Shown here piece after piece: positions 19,255-28,980 of a stretch of 64,000 bases of DNA. Source of the DNA: Alphaproteobacteria bacterium (GTDB taxonomy: Bacteria; Pseudomonadota; Alphaproteobacteria; UBA828); the NCBI GenBank assembly GCA_963667785.2, contig CAXXMU010000002.1, positions 32,001 through 96,000 on the forward strand, given 5' to 3'. Below the pieces are notes generated by a model. That model was not told the origin of the DNA and made no database searches. It worked only from the letters and a program-made list of their open reading frames with translations. The position numbers and the translations under genes are program-made. Positions within the stretch are counted from its first letter, which is position 1. Each line of letters starts with the position of its first letter.

Positions 19255-20787
19255 CTACTCCGAGGCCCGCTGCTTCAGCCGCTTCTCCAGCGTGCCGCAG
19301 AGGGTGCGCAGGACCTCGAGCCGGGCGTGCCGCTTGTTGTTGCCGGGGACCAGGGTCCACGGCGCGTCGCGGGTGCTCGTGCTCGCGATCATGTCGTTGG
19401 CGGCGTCCTCGTAGGCCTCCCACTTGGCGCGGTTGCGCCAGTCCTCGTCGGTGAGCTTCCAGGACTTGTAGGGATTGTCGCGGCGCAGCAGGAAGCGGCG
19501 CTCCTGCTCGTCCTTGTCGATGTGGAGCCAGAACTTCATGAGCAGCGTGCCGTGGCTGGTGAGCTGCTCCTCGAAGTCCCTGATCTCGGCGTAGGCCCGC
19601 TGCCATTCCGCCGTGGTGGCGAAGGATTCCACCCGCTCGACCAGGACCCGGCCATACCAGCTGCGGTCGAAGACCGCGACCTGCCCGGCCTCGGGCATGC
19701 GGCGCCAGAAGCGCCAGAGATAGTGATGGGCGCGCTCCTCGTCGCTGGGCGCGCTCACCTGATGCACGCGGTAGCTGCGGGCGTCCAGCGCCGAGACCAT
19801 GCGTCGGATCGCGCCGCCCTTGCCGCCGGCGTCCCAGCCCTCGAAGACAAGCACGACCGAGAGCCCGTGCAGGAGGTTCTGGGCGGCGAGCCAGTAGAGA
19901 TGGCTCCTGAGACGCGCGAGCGACTTGTCGTAGACCTTGCGGCCGACGGCGTGCCGCTGGTCTATGGTCGACAGCGGCTTGATATCCTTCACCGTCGCGC
20001 CGACCACGGCCGGGCTCTTGGCCGGCGCGCGGGCGCGGTAGCCCGCATCCGGCGGCGGCCGGCCGGCGAGCCGCGCATCGAGCGCCCGCTGCACCATGCC
20101 CAGCACCGTGAGCGAGCGGTAGCGCGCATGGCGGCCGTCGACCGCGAACCACGGCGCCTCCGCGGTGCTGGTGCGGTTGATGATATGCTCGGCCGCGTCG
20201 ACGAACTGCTCGTAGCGGTGCCAGTTGCGCCAGTCCCACTGCGAGATCCGCCAGTGGTCGCGCGGATGCTTCTGGAGCGATTCCAGGCGCTTCTGCTGCG
20301 CCACGCGATCGAGGTGCATCCAGAACTTGAGGATCAGCGCGCCGTCGTCGGCGAGTGTGCGCTCGAACGCCGCGATGCGCGCGAGCCGCCGCTCGAGCGC
20401 GCCCTTGCCGATGCGTCCGTAGGCGCGGTCCACCAGCGGCGCGGAGTACCAGGCGCTGAGGAAGAGCCCGAAGCGTCCGCGCGCCGGCAGGTCGCGCCAG
20501 TAGCGCCAGAACTCGGGCCGCTGGCCTTCCTCCTCGGTCAGCCGGTCGTAGGCGTGGGTGACGATGCTGCGTGGGTCGAGCCACTCGGTGAGCAGGTTGA
20601 CCGTCTCGCCCTTGCCGCCGCCGTCGACTCCGGCGAACAGGATGACGACCGGGAAGTCCGCCTTCGCCAGCGCGCGCTGGGCCTCGACCAGCTTGACCCT
20701 GAGCGCCGTGCCCTTCTCCTCGAACGCAGACTTGGAGACCTCGCGCGTCCGCTCGCTCTCCACCTCTTCGAATACCCGACCGCCCAT
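19255..20787 (-). CDS. pap: Polyphosphate:AMP phosphotransferase (two-domain PPK2)
   Basis: Tandem PPK2 domains: AGVDGGGKG..LILKFWMH and FEGWDAGGKGG..FDRSWY.RVLVERV..KFWLHI..EQ..RF. Confidence 0.9.
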   Translation of the reverse strand: MGGRVFEEVESERTREVSKSAFEEKGTALRVKLVEAQRALAKADFPVVILFAGVDGGGKGETVNLLTEWLDPRSIVTHAYDRLTEEEGQRPEFWRYWRDLPARGRFGLFLSAWYSAPLVDRAYGRIGKGALERRLARIAAFERTLADDGALILKFWMHLDRVAQQKRLESLQKHPRDHWRISQWDWRNWHRYEQFVDAAEHIINRTSTAEAPWFAVDGRHARYRSLTVLGMVQRALDARLAGRPPPDAGYRARAPAKSPAVVGATVKDIKPLSTIDQRHAVGRKVYDKSLARLRSHLYWLAAQNLLHGLSVVLVFEGWDAGGKGGAIRRMVSALDARSYRVHQVSAPSDEERAHHYLWRFWRRMPEAGQVAVFDRSWYGRVLVERVESFATTAEWQRAYAEIRDFEEQLTSHGTLLMKFWLHIDKDEQERRFLLRRDNPYKSWKLTDEDWRNRAKWEAYEDAANDMIASTSTRDAPWTLVPGNNKRHARLEVLRTLCGTLEKRLKQRASE

Positions 20788-20827
20788 GGTCCCCCCTGTC
20801 GCGGCCCTCTCTCGTCCGCTCGCCAGG

Positions 20828-21274
20828 CTAGGAAGCCTCCTCTTCGGACGTCTTCTTGGTCAGCGTGATGACGTTTCGGTCGTCCCGCCGCCGGTAGTCA
20901 ACGCCGTCCATCATCTGTTGCACGAGGAAGAGTCCGAGCCCGCCGAGCGAGCGCTCCTCGAGCGAGGCGTCGATGTTCGGGTCCGTCTCCTGCGACGAAT
21001 CGAAGGGCCGGCCGTCGTCCTCGATCACCACCATGAGCGTGTCGCCGTCGAGCCGGAGCGTGAGGCCGATCAGGTGCGCGTCCTCGTCGTCGTAGCCGTA
21101 GCTGATGGTGTTGGTGAGGATCTCGTCGATGGAGAGGTTGACCGCGTAGGCGATCTGCGGCGAGAGCGCCTGCGCCGCGCAGTACTCGTCGATCCGCTCG
21201 GCGGCGCGGACGATCTCCTGCAGATCGTTGGCGAGCGAGAGCTCAAGCGCGTCGTCGTTCACGGCCTCGTCCAT
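20828..21274 (-). CDS. RsbW-like anti-sigma factor / Ser-Thr kinase (HATPase_c_2)
   Basis: L.IDEILTN.I.YGY, IEDDGRPFD, GGLGLFLV..MMD.V.Y. Confidence 0.85.
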   Translation of the reverse strand: MDEAVNDDALELSLANDLQEIVRAAERIDEYCAAQALSPQIAYAVNLSIDEILTNTISYGYDDEDAHLIGLTLRLDGDTLMVVIEDDGRPFDSSQETDPNIDASLEERSLGGLGLFLVQQMMDGVDYRRRDDRNVITLTKKTSEEEAS

Positions 21275-21509
21275 TCGTCGCGTGCGTCGCCCGCCCCACC
21301 CGCCGTCCGTCCGGGCGTGCCGCAGACGACCGGCGCGCGGGTCGACGCGCATCGGGCGATACTAATGGCCCATTCGCGTTGCCGTGCCAATCGGTTTCCG
21401 CCGCCGCCAGCGAGCCGCCCCTTGATCGCGCCCCTGCCGCCGCGCACACTTGGGGGAGCGAACCGGCCGGGCGGGCACACGCGCGGTCGCAATGGGGAGG
21501 ATCGACCGA

Positions 21510-22856
21510 ATGTCCAACGACGCCGAAGCCTTGCTGCTCGATCGCGATCGCGCGCACCTGCTTCATCCGCTGCACAGCCAGGCAACCCATGCCACCGGCA
21601 AGGTCTGGGTCGGCGGGGAGGGGGCCTTCCTCGTCGATGCCAACGGGGATCGGTACATCGACGGCCTGTCGGGCCTCTGGAACAACACCGCCGGCAACGG
21701 CTGCAAGGAGCTGGTCGAGGCCGGCAGCAGGCAGCTCGCGGAGATGGCCTACGCCTCCGGCTACGCCGGCAGCTCCAACCCGCGGGCGATCGAGCTGGCG
21801 GAGAAGCTTGCCCGGATCACCTACCCGAACATCAACCACTTCTATTTCACCTCGGGCGGCGGCGAGGCGACCGACAGCAACATCAAGATGGCCCGCTACT
21901 ACTGGAAGCTGAAGGGGAGGCCGGAGAAGACCAAGGTCATCTCCCGCATCTGGGGCTATCACGGCGTCACGCTCGCCGCCATGTGCGCGACGGGCATGAG
22001 CATCTACTGGCCCATGTTCGAGCCGCGCATGCCGGGCTTCGTCCACATTCCGAGCCCCTATCCCTATCGCTACGAGGCGCCCGACGGCGCGGAGAGCCAG
22101 GGCATCGCCGCAGCCGACGAGCTGGAGAAGGCGATCCTCGCGGAGGGGCCGGAGACGGTCGCGATGTTCATCGCCGAGCCGGTGCAGGGCGGCGGCGGCG
22201 TGATCCCGCCCCAGCCGGACTACTTCCCGCGCATCCGCGAGATCTGCACGAAGTACGACGTACTGATGGTCTCGGACGAGGTCATCACCGGCTTCGGCCG
22301 GACCGGCCGGATGTTCGGCCTGCAGCACTGGGGCGTCGAGCCCGACATGATCCAGTTCGCCAAGGCCATCACGTCGGGCTACTTCTCGCTCGGCGGCATC
22401 GGCATCAGCGACGAGATCGCCACCACGATGCACGAGAGCGGCAAGCCCTGGATGCACGCCTACACCTACAGCGCGCATCCCACCGGCTGCGCCATCGGCT
22501 GCGCCATGATCGACCTGATCGAGCGGGAGGATTTCCCGGCGCAGGCGGCGGCCAAGGGCAAGCGCCTGCTGGTCGGGCTCAAGGACGCGCTGGCCGACCA
22601 TCCCAATGTCGGCGACATCCGCGGCCTCGGCCTCATGTGCGCCGTCGAGTACGTCAAGGATCGCGCGACGAAGGAGAGCTTCGATCCCGCCGACGGGGTC
22701 GCCGCGAGGATCAATGCCGAGGCGGTGTCGCGCGGGCTGTTCAGCCGCTTCCGGCCGGACGTCTACATGGTGGCGCCGCCGATCGTCATCGACGACGAGA
22801 CCGTCGATCGGATGGTGGAGATCACCGCTGAGTCGACCCGCGCCGTCCTCGGTTGA
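21510..22856 (+). CDS. Class III (omega-amino acid) aminotransferase
   Basis: DGLSGLW, SGGGEA.D, YHG, EPVQG.GG, DEVITGFGRTG, FAKAITSGY, RGLGLM. GGGAGG RBS. Confidence 0.92.
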   Translation: MSNDAEALLLDRDRAHLLHPLHSQATHATGKVWVGGEGAFLVDANGDRYIDGLSGLWNNTAGNGCKELVEAGSRQLAEMAYASGYAGSSNPRAIELAEKLARITYPNINHFYFTSGGGEATDSNIKMARYYWKLKGRPEKTKVISRIWGYHGVTLAAMCATGMSIYWPMFEPRMPGFVHIPSPYPYRYEAPDGAESQGIAAADELEKAILAEGPETVAMFIAEPVQGGGGVIPPQPDYFPRIREICTKYDVLMVSDEVITGFGRTGRMFGLQHWGVEPDMIQFAKAITSGYFSLGGIGISDEIATTMHESGKPWMHAYTYSAHPTGCAIGCAMIDLIEREDFPAQAAAKGKRLLVGLKDALADHPNVGDIRGLGLMCAVEYVKDRATKESFDPADGVAARINAEAVSRGLFSRFRPDVYMVAPPIVIDDETVDRMVEITAESTRAVLG

Positions 22857-22872
22857 GAGCGGCGGGCAGGCC

Positions 22873-24204
22873 GTGGCGGGGCGGGAGAGCTCAGGTTCAC
22901 GGCCCGCCGTCGACTGGCAGGCGCCGGACTATCTGGACGCGGCGGCCCTGGACCGCGAGCTGCGCCGGGTCGCGGGCGTCTGCCACACCTGCCGCCGCTG
23001 CGTCGATCTCTGCGAGAGCTTCCCGCGGCTCTTCGATCTGATCGACGGCGCGGGCGGCGCCGACGCGGTGACGGGCGCCGGCTTCGAGAGCGTGGGCGCG
23101 GCCTGCACGCTCTGCGACATGTGTCACCCGGTCTGCCCCTACACGGCGCCGCACGTCCACGCCGTGGACTTTCCCGCCCTGATGGCGCGGCAGAGGGCGC
23201 GCGCCAGGTCCGACGGCCGGGTGGGTGTCACGGAGCACGCGCTGGGCGAGACCGACCGCAACGGCCGGCTGCTGGGGGCGATCGCCCCGCTCGCCAACTG
23301 GGCGGCGCGGTGCGGCAACAGGCTGACGCGGCCGCTCATGGAGGCGCTCGCCGGCATCCACCGCGATGCGGTGCTGCCGCGCTTTCACGCCCGCCGCTTC
23401 AGCCGGCAGGCCGCAGCCGCCCCGCCGCCGGTCGATGCGGGCGCGCCGGCCGCCGGGCGCAAGGCGGTGCTCTACGCCACCTGCTTCGTCGAATACAACA
23501 ATCCGGCGATCGGCCATGCCGCCCAAGGTGTGCTCGCGCGGAACGGGGTCGAGACCCGCATCGTCTACGACGAGTGCTGCGGCATGCCGCAGCTCGAGCG
23601 GGGCGATATCGCCGGGGTCTGCCGCCGCGCCCGGCGTGCCGCCGCCGCGCTGGTGCCGTGGATCGAGCGCGGCTGGGAGGTGATCGCGCCGGTTCCCTCC
23701 TGCGCGCTGATGATGAAGACGACCTGGCCGCAATACCTGCCGGAGGAGCCGGCCGTGACCCGCCTCGCCAGGCACACGAGCGACATCTCCGAGTACGTCG
23801 TGGGCATCGCCCGCAACGAGGGCCTCGCCCCCGGCATGGCGCCGCTCGCCGGCGACGTCGCGCTGCACCAGGCCTGCCACGCGCGCGCCCAGGACGTCGG
23901 CGCCAAGGCCGCGGTCATGCTGCGCATGATCCCCGGCTGCAATGTGATGATGATGCAGCGCTGCGCCGGCCACGGCGGCACCTGGGGCGTGATGAAGGGA
24001 AATTTCGAGACCGGCATGAAGGTGGGCGAGCCGGTCATCCGCCAGGCGGCCGAGAGCGGCCGCAGGTACCTCGCCTCCGAGTGTCCGCTCGCCGGCGACC
24101 ACATCGTGCAGGGGATGGAGCGCATCGGCGCGGGTGGCGCCACGCCCGCGCGCGCCCATCACCCGATCGAGCTCGTGGCGATGAGCTATGGCATCGACGT
24201 CTGA
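22873..24204 (+). CDS. Fe-S oxidoreductase, GlpC/heterodisulfide-reductase-like (two 4Fe-4S motifs + CCG domains)
   Basis: CHTCRRCVDLC, CTLCDMCHPVCP, ECCGMP, PSC, HQACH, RCAGHGGTWG, SECP. GTG start inferred. Confidence 0.82.
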   Translation: MAGRESSGSRPAVDWQAPDYLDAAALDRELRRVAGVCHTCRRCVDLCESFPRLFDLIDGAGGADAVTGAGFESVGAACTLCDMCHPVCPYTAPHVHAVDFPALMARQRARARSDGRVGVTEHALGETDRNGRLLGAIAPLANWAARCGNRLTRPLMEALAGIHRDAVLPRFHARRFSRQAAAAPPPVDAGAPAAGRKAVLYATCFVEYNNPAIGHAAQGVLARNGVETRIVYDECCGMPQLERGDIAGVCRRARRAAAALVPWIERGWEVIAPVPSCALMMKTTWPQYLPEEPAVTRLARHTSDISEYVVGIARNEGLAPGMAPLAGDVALHQACHARAQDVGAKAAVMLRMIPGCNVMMMQRCAGHGGTWGVMKGNFETGMKVGEPVIRQAAESGRRYLASECPLAGDHIVQGMERIGAGGATPARAHHPIELVAMSYGIDV

Positions 24205-24619
24205 CGCGCCTCTCGACGCCCACGCGCTGGCGACGCTCGCGGCGATGGCGCGGGTGCTCTATCCCCATGACTTCTTGGAGGACGCCACGTACCGCCGGGT
24301 CGTCGACATCGTCGTGGCTGGCGCGGATGCGGCGCAGCGCGCCCTGCTGGCCGACGGTGCCGCCGCGCTGGACGAGGCCGGGGACGGCCGCTTCGTCGAG
24401 CGCGGGGAGAAGGAGCGGCTCGCGGCGGTCGAGGCGCTGCAGGACCGGCCCTTCTTCGAGATTGTGCGCGCGGGCACGGCACGCCACCTCTATGACGACC
24501 GTTCGCTCTGGCCCCGCTTCGGCTACGAGGGGGCGTCGTTTCACCTGGGCGGCTACATCGAGCGGGGCTACGACGACATCGACTGGATCGCCGACGAGGA
24601 GCTGGAGGCGGACCGGTGA
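24188..24619 (+). CDS. Gluconate 2-dehydrogenase subunit 3-like small subunit
   Basis: LYPHD...D..Y, FF..VR...LY....W..FGYEG.S..GGYI.RGYDDIDW. Overlaps the downstream GMC gene. Confidence 0.75.
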   Translation: MASTSDAPLDAHALATLAAMARVLYPHDFLEDATYRRVVDIVVAGADAAQRALLADGAAALDEAGDGRFVERGEKERLAAVEALQDRPFFEIVRAGTARHLYDDRSLWPRFGYEGASFHLGGYIERGYDDIDWIADEELEADR

Positions 24620-26220
24620 GCGCGCTCCATCTCGATGACGACGACGTCCCCGCCGTCACCTACGACCTCGACGACGACAGTGTCGTGGTCATCATCGGCT
24701 CGGGCGCGGGCGGCGGGACCGTCGCCGACGAGCTGACCCGGCGGGGGATCGACGTGGTCGTCATCGAGGCCGGCCCCCGCTTCGGGACGAGCGACATCGT
24801 CAACGACGAATGGGCGATGTACGACCGCCTCACCTGGAAGGACGAGCGCGCCTGCACCGGCGCCTCGCCCATCGCCCGCGACTATCCCACCGCGCCGACC
24901 TGGACCTGCAAGGGGCTGGGCGGCACCACCCTCCACTGGGCGGCCATGTGCCCGCGCCCGCGGCCTTACGAGCTCAAGGTGCGCACGACCTACGGCGAGG
25001 TCGACGGCGCGGCGCTGGAGGACTGGCCGTTCGACTTCGACGAGCTGGAGCCCTTCCTGCGCGAGGCCGAGAGCAAGATGGGCGTCACCGGCCGGGGCGG
25101 GCTCGCGCTGCAGCGCGGCTCCAACAACTACCGGGTGATGGCGCTCGGCGCGAAGCGCATTGGCTATCGCGACTACGGCCCCAACAACGTGGCCATCAAC
25201 GTGGTGCCCCGCGACGGCCGCAACGCCTGCGACCAGATCGGCTTCTGCATGCAGGGCTGCAAGTCCGGCGGCAAGTGGTCCACCTTCGTCTCCGAGCTGC
25301 CGCGCGCAGAGGCGACCGGCCGCTGCGAGATCCGCACCCGCTGCATGGCGCTCCGCATCGAGCACGACCGCGCGGGCCGCGCCAGCGGCGTCCTCTATGC
25401 CGACGCGGCCGGGCGTCATCACCTGCAGAAGGCGCGGCTCGTCTGCGTCGCGGCCAACTCGATCGAGACCGCGCGGCTGCTGCTCAACTCGGAATCGAGC
25501 GCCTGGCCCGACGGCCTCGCCAACGGCTCGGGCGCGGTCGGCAAGCACTACATGCGCCACACCACGGCCTACATGTACGCCGAGTTCCCGAGGCCGGTGC
25601 GGATGTATCGCGGCATGGTCTGCTCCGGCATCATCAAGGACGAGGCGCGGCACGATCCCGCGCGGGGCTTCGCCGGCGGCTTCTTCTACGGCACCATCGG
25701 CCTCGGCCTGCCCTTCTTCGCGGCCTTCCTCAGTCCGGGGCGCTGGGGCCGCGACTACACCCGCTGGATCGAGGCCTACGAGCGCATCGGCGGCCTCTTC
25801 ATGAACGGCGAGGACATGGCCATCGCCAGCAACCGGGTGACGCTGCATCCCGATAAGCGCGACGCCCACGGCCTGCCGATCCCCAGCCTCCACCTCGACG
25901 ACCACCCCAACGACCTCGCCATGAAGCGCTACGGCTACCGCAACGGCATCGCGTTGCTGGAGGCGGCGGGCGCGCTGCGGGTCTTCTGCTCGCCGCCGCT
26001 GCCGGTCTCGCACAATCTCGGCACCTGCCGCATGAGCGCCGACCCGGGCGCCGGCGTGGTCGACCGCTGGGGCCGGAGCCACGAGATCCCCAACCTCTTC
26101 GTCTCCGACGGCAGCCAGTTCACCTCGTCGATCGCGGGCAACCCGACGCTCACCATCGTCGCGCTTGCGCTGCGCCAGGCGGGCGAGATCGCCCGCATGA
26201 TGGGCCGCGGCGAGGTCTGA
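24616..26220 (+). CDS. GMC oxidoreductase large subunit
   Basis: IIGSGAGGG, LGGTTLHW, C.Q.GFCMQGC, ETARLLLNS, HNLGTCRM, NLFVSDGS, NPTLTI.ALA. Confidence 0.92.
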   Translation: MSALHLDDDDVPAVTYDLDDDSVVVIIGSGAGGGTVADELTRRGIDVVVIEAGPRFGTSDIVNDEWAMYDRLTWKDERACTGASPIARDYPTAPTWTCKGLGGTTLHWAAMCPRPRPYELKVRTTYGEVDGAALEDWPFDFDELEPFLREAESKMGVTGRGGLALQRGSNNYRVMALGAKRIGYRDYGPNNVAINVVPRDGRNACDQIGFCMQGCKSGGKWSTFVSELPRAEATGRCEIRTRCMALRIEHDRAGRASGVLYADAAGRHHLQKARLVCVAANSIETARLLLNSESSAWPDGLANGSGAVGKHYMRHTTAYMYAEFPRPVRMYRGMVCSGIIKDEARHDPARGFAGGFFYGTIGLGLPFFAAFLSPGRWGRDYTRWIEAYERIGGLFMNGEDMAIASNRVTLHPDKRDAHGLPIPSLHLDDHPNDLAMKRYGYRNGIALLEAAGALRVFCSPPLPVSHNLGTCRMSADPGAGVVDRWGRSHEIPNLFVSDGSQFTSSIAGNPTLTIVALALRQAGEIARMMGRGEV

Positions 26221-26321
26221 GCGCCGCCACCCGCCACCACCCGCAAGCGCCGCACTGGCCGCGTCAGGCCATTCGGGCTATCCCGGCACGAGACGCACAC
26301 GCAGCATCATGGGAGGAGAGC

Positions 26322-26726
26322 ATGGCGACGGTGCCGCTGGTGGAGTACGACGACGCCCCGCCCGAGGTCCGCGCGGTCTACGACGACATCATGGAGACCC
26401 GCAAGACCGACTGGATCAACAACTTCTGGAAGGTGCTGGCCAACGACCCGCCGACGCTGGCGCGCACCTGGGAGAGCATCAAGCAGGTGATGGGGCCCGG
26501 TGCCCTCGACCCGCTGACCAAGGAGCTGATCTACGTCGCGGTCAGCGCGACCAACGGCTGCGAGTACTGCATCCGCTCCCACACCGCCGGCGCCAGGCGC
26601 CAGGGGATGACCGACGCCATGCTGGCCGAGCTCATGGCCGTCGTCGGCATGGCGAACGAGACCAATACGCTGGCCAACGGCTATGCCGTCGATGTCGACG
26701 CCGCGTTCCTGGGCGGCGGGAAATAG
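26322..26726 (+). CDS. Carboxymuconolactone decarboxylase / AhpD-like protein
   Basis: LDPLTKELIYVAVS.TNGCEYCI.SH. GGAGGAG RBS. Confidence 0.88.
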   Translation: MATVPLVEYDDAPPEVRAVYDDIMETRKTDWINNFWKVLANDPPTLARTWESIKQVMGPGALDPLTKELIYVAVSATNGCEYCIRSHTAGARRQGMTDAMLAELMAVVGMANETNTLANGYAVDVDAAFLGGGK

Positions 26727-26937
26727 GGCACGGCCTCTCCTCAGCTTGAGTCTCCCACCTCCCCCTGTCCCCCTCCTCCCAGGAGGAGGGGGAACGAAAG
26801 CGGCGCCGCCCCTTCTCCCTCTCCTCCCCGCCGGGGAGGAGAGGGCCGGGGAGAGGTGGGGGAGTCACGGGCGGCACCGCACGAGGATTGGGCACCCGCG
26901 GCGGCTGGCTGCGATCGTGTCCGAACGAAAGGGGTTA
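26724..26937. repeat. Intergenic palindromic repeat, family A copy 2
   Basis: Shares the double-hairpin core with copies 1 and 3, and the right end (GATTGGGCACCCGC..GCTGCGATCGTGTC.GAACGAAA) with copy 3. Confidence 0.85.
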
Positions 26938-28980
26938 ACTCTCCGCTATGCGCAGGAAGCCGTGGTCGTCGACGGCGAGCGTCTGGCCGGGCTGGACCAC
27001 GGTGGTGGACGAGCGCTCCTCGATGACGAGCGGGCCGGCGGCACTGAAGCCGGGGGGCAGCAGGTCGCGCTCGTAGACGGCCGCCTCGTGCCGGCCGTCG
27101 TCGCCGAAATCGACCTCGCGGCTCCCCTTGAGCGCGCGCGCGGGCGAGCGGCCGTCCGCCCCGATCGGCTGGACGGTGGGGCGCGCGACCTCAGCCTGCG
27201 CGGTCAGGCGGAAGGTCACGAACTCGACCGGCGTGTCGTCCAGCCGGTAGGCATAGGTGCGGGCGTGGGCGGCGTGGAAGGCGGCGACGATCTCTTCCAC
27301 CGTCGCGCGCTCGGCGTCGATGGCGCCGACCGTCACGGGGTGCTCCTGCCCCTCGTAGCGGAGGTCGATCTGCAGCGCGTGCTCGAGGCGCGCGGCGCCA
27401 AGGCCGGCATCGGCGAAGTAGCGCTCGGCCTCGGCTAGGAGCGCATCGCGCAGGCGCCTGATCTCGTCCATCGTGATCGCGCCGGCGGGCTTTGGCGCCG
27501 TGCGCACGAAATCCTGGCGCGGGCGCATGGCGAGCATGCCCCAGGCCGAGAAGAGCCCTGGGTGGCGCGGCACGACGATCTCCTTGACCCCGAGCTCGCG
27601 GCCGAGCGCGGCCCCGTGCATCGGCCCGCCGCCGCCGCCGACCACCAGCGCGAAGTCGCGCGGGTCGTGGCCGCGCTCGATGGAGACGAGCTTCAGCGCG
27701 TCGATCATGGTGGCCTCGGCCAGGCGGACGACGGCGTTCGCTGCCGCCTCCGTCGTGCAGCCCAGGCCGTCCGCGACGGTGGAGAGGGCCTCGTGGGCGC
27801 GGCCGATGTCGAGGTCGAAGCGGCCGGCGGCGAAGTAGGCCGGGTTGAGCGCGCCGGCGATCAGCTTCGCGTCCGTCACCGTGGGCGCCGTCCCGCCGCG
27901 GCCGTAGCAGGCGGGCCCCGGATCGGCGCCGGCGCTGGCCGGCCCGATGCGCAGCCCGCCCGCCTCGTCGAACCAGGCGATCGAGCCGCCGCCGGCGCCG
28001 ATCTCCACGATATCCACGACGGGCACCCGGATCGGGAACCCCGGCTCGCGGTGGGAGGCGCCGTGGGCGTGCTCGGTCGTCACGCGCGCCTCGCCGCCCT
28101 CGATGGTGGAGCACTTGGCGGTCGTGCCGCCGACGTCGAGATAGATCAGATCGTCCCGGCCGGAGAGCGCGCCCACCAGTGCGGCGCCGCTGACACCTGC
28201 GGCGGGTCCCGATTCGAGCAGCGTGATCGGGTGGGCCTTGGCCCAGGCGAAGCTGGTGGTCCCGCCGTTCGACTGAACCGCCATCAGCGGCGCGTCGATG
28301 CCCCGGCCGCGCAGCGCCTGCTCGAGGGACTCGAGATAGCGGCGGACGATGGGCTGGACGTAGGCGTTGAGCACGATCGTGCTGGCGCGCTCGTACTCGC
28401 GCCATTCCCGAGTGATTTCGTGGGAGGCGCTGACCGCGACGCCCGGCAGCTGGGCGCGCAGGTATTCGGTGCAGGCGCTCTCGTGCGCGGGCTCGGCGTA
28501 GCTGTTGACCAGCATGATCGCGACCGCCTCGATCCCCGCCCGGCGGCAGTCCTCGATCACCGGGTCGAGGTCCTCCAGCCGGAGCGGCTCGATCTCCCGG
28601 CCGCCCGGATCGAGCCTGCCGCGCACCTCGTAGCGGTGGCGCCGCGGCACGAAGGGCCGGGGCTTGCGGTAGCGGATGTTGAACATGTCGGGCCGGTTGG
28701 CCCGGCCGAGCTCCAGCACGTCGCGGAAGCCCTCGGTATTGACGAGCGCCGTCCGCGCCCCGGTGCGCTCGGTGATCGCGTTCACCACCGTCGTGCCGCC
28801 ATGGATGAAGTAATCGACCGTCTCCGGCGCGATGCCGGATCGTTCGACCGCCTCGAGCACGCCCTGCTCAAGCGCGCCCGGCGTGGTCAGCACCTTGGTC
28901 GAGGTGAGGCCGCCCGCGCTCTCGTCGAAGAACACGAGGTCGGTGAAGGTGCCGCCGATATCAACCGCGAGACGGCCCAT
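26935..28980 (-). CDS. Hydantoinase/oxoprolinase subunit A (ATP-binding)
   Basis: DIGGTFTD, HG.T...NA..E, REYER.ST, ESGPAAG, DVGGTT, IGAGGGSI, SAGADPGPACY. Confidence 0.92.
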   Translation of the reverse strand: MGRLAVDIGGTFTDLVFFDESAGGLTSTKVLTTPGALEQGVLEAVERSGIAPETVDYFIHGGTTVVNAITERTGARTALVNTEGFRDVLELGRANRPDMFNIRYRKPRPFVPRRHRYEVRGRLDPGGREIEPLRLEDLDPVIEDCRRAGIEAVAIMLVNSYAEPAHESACTEYLRAQLPGVAVSASHEITREWREYERASTIVLNAYVQPIVRRYLESLEQALRGRGIDAPLMAVQSNGGTTSFAWAKAHPITLLESGPAAGVSGAALVGALSGRDDLIYLDVGGTTAKCSTIEGGEARVTTEHAHGASHREPGFPIRVPVVDIVEIGAGGGSIAWFDEAGGLRIGPASAGADPGPACYGRGGTAPTVTDAKLIAGALNPAYFAAGRFDLDIGRAHEALSTVADGLGCTTEAAANAVVRLAEATMIDALKLVSIERGHDPRDFALVVGGGGGPMHGAALGRELGVKEIVVPRHPGLFSAWGMLAMRPRQDFVRTAPKPAGAITMDEIRRLRDALLAEAERYFADAGLGAARLEHALQIDLRYEGQEHPVTVGAIDAERATVEEIVAAFHAAHARTYAYRLDDTPVEFVTFRLTAQAEVARPTVQPIGADGRSPARALKGSREVDFGDDGRHEAAVYERDLLPPGFSAAGPLVIEERSSTTVVQPGQTLAVDDHGFLRIAES

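Noticed and set aside
21375-21390. sigma54 promoter (TGGCACG on the minus strand)
   Set aside because: The GG-to-GC spacing is one base short and there is no TTGC. Similar near-misses at ~39663 and ~40640 fail too.
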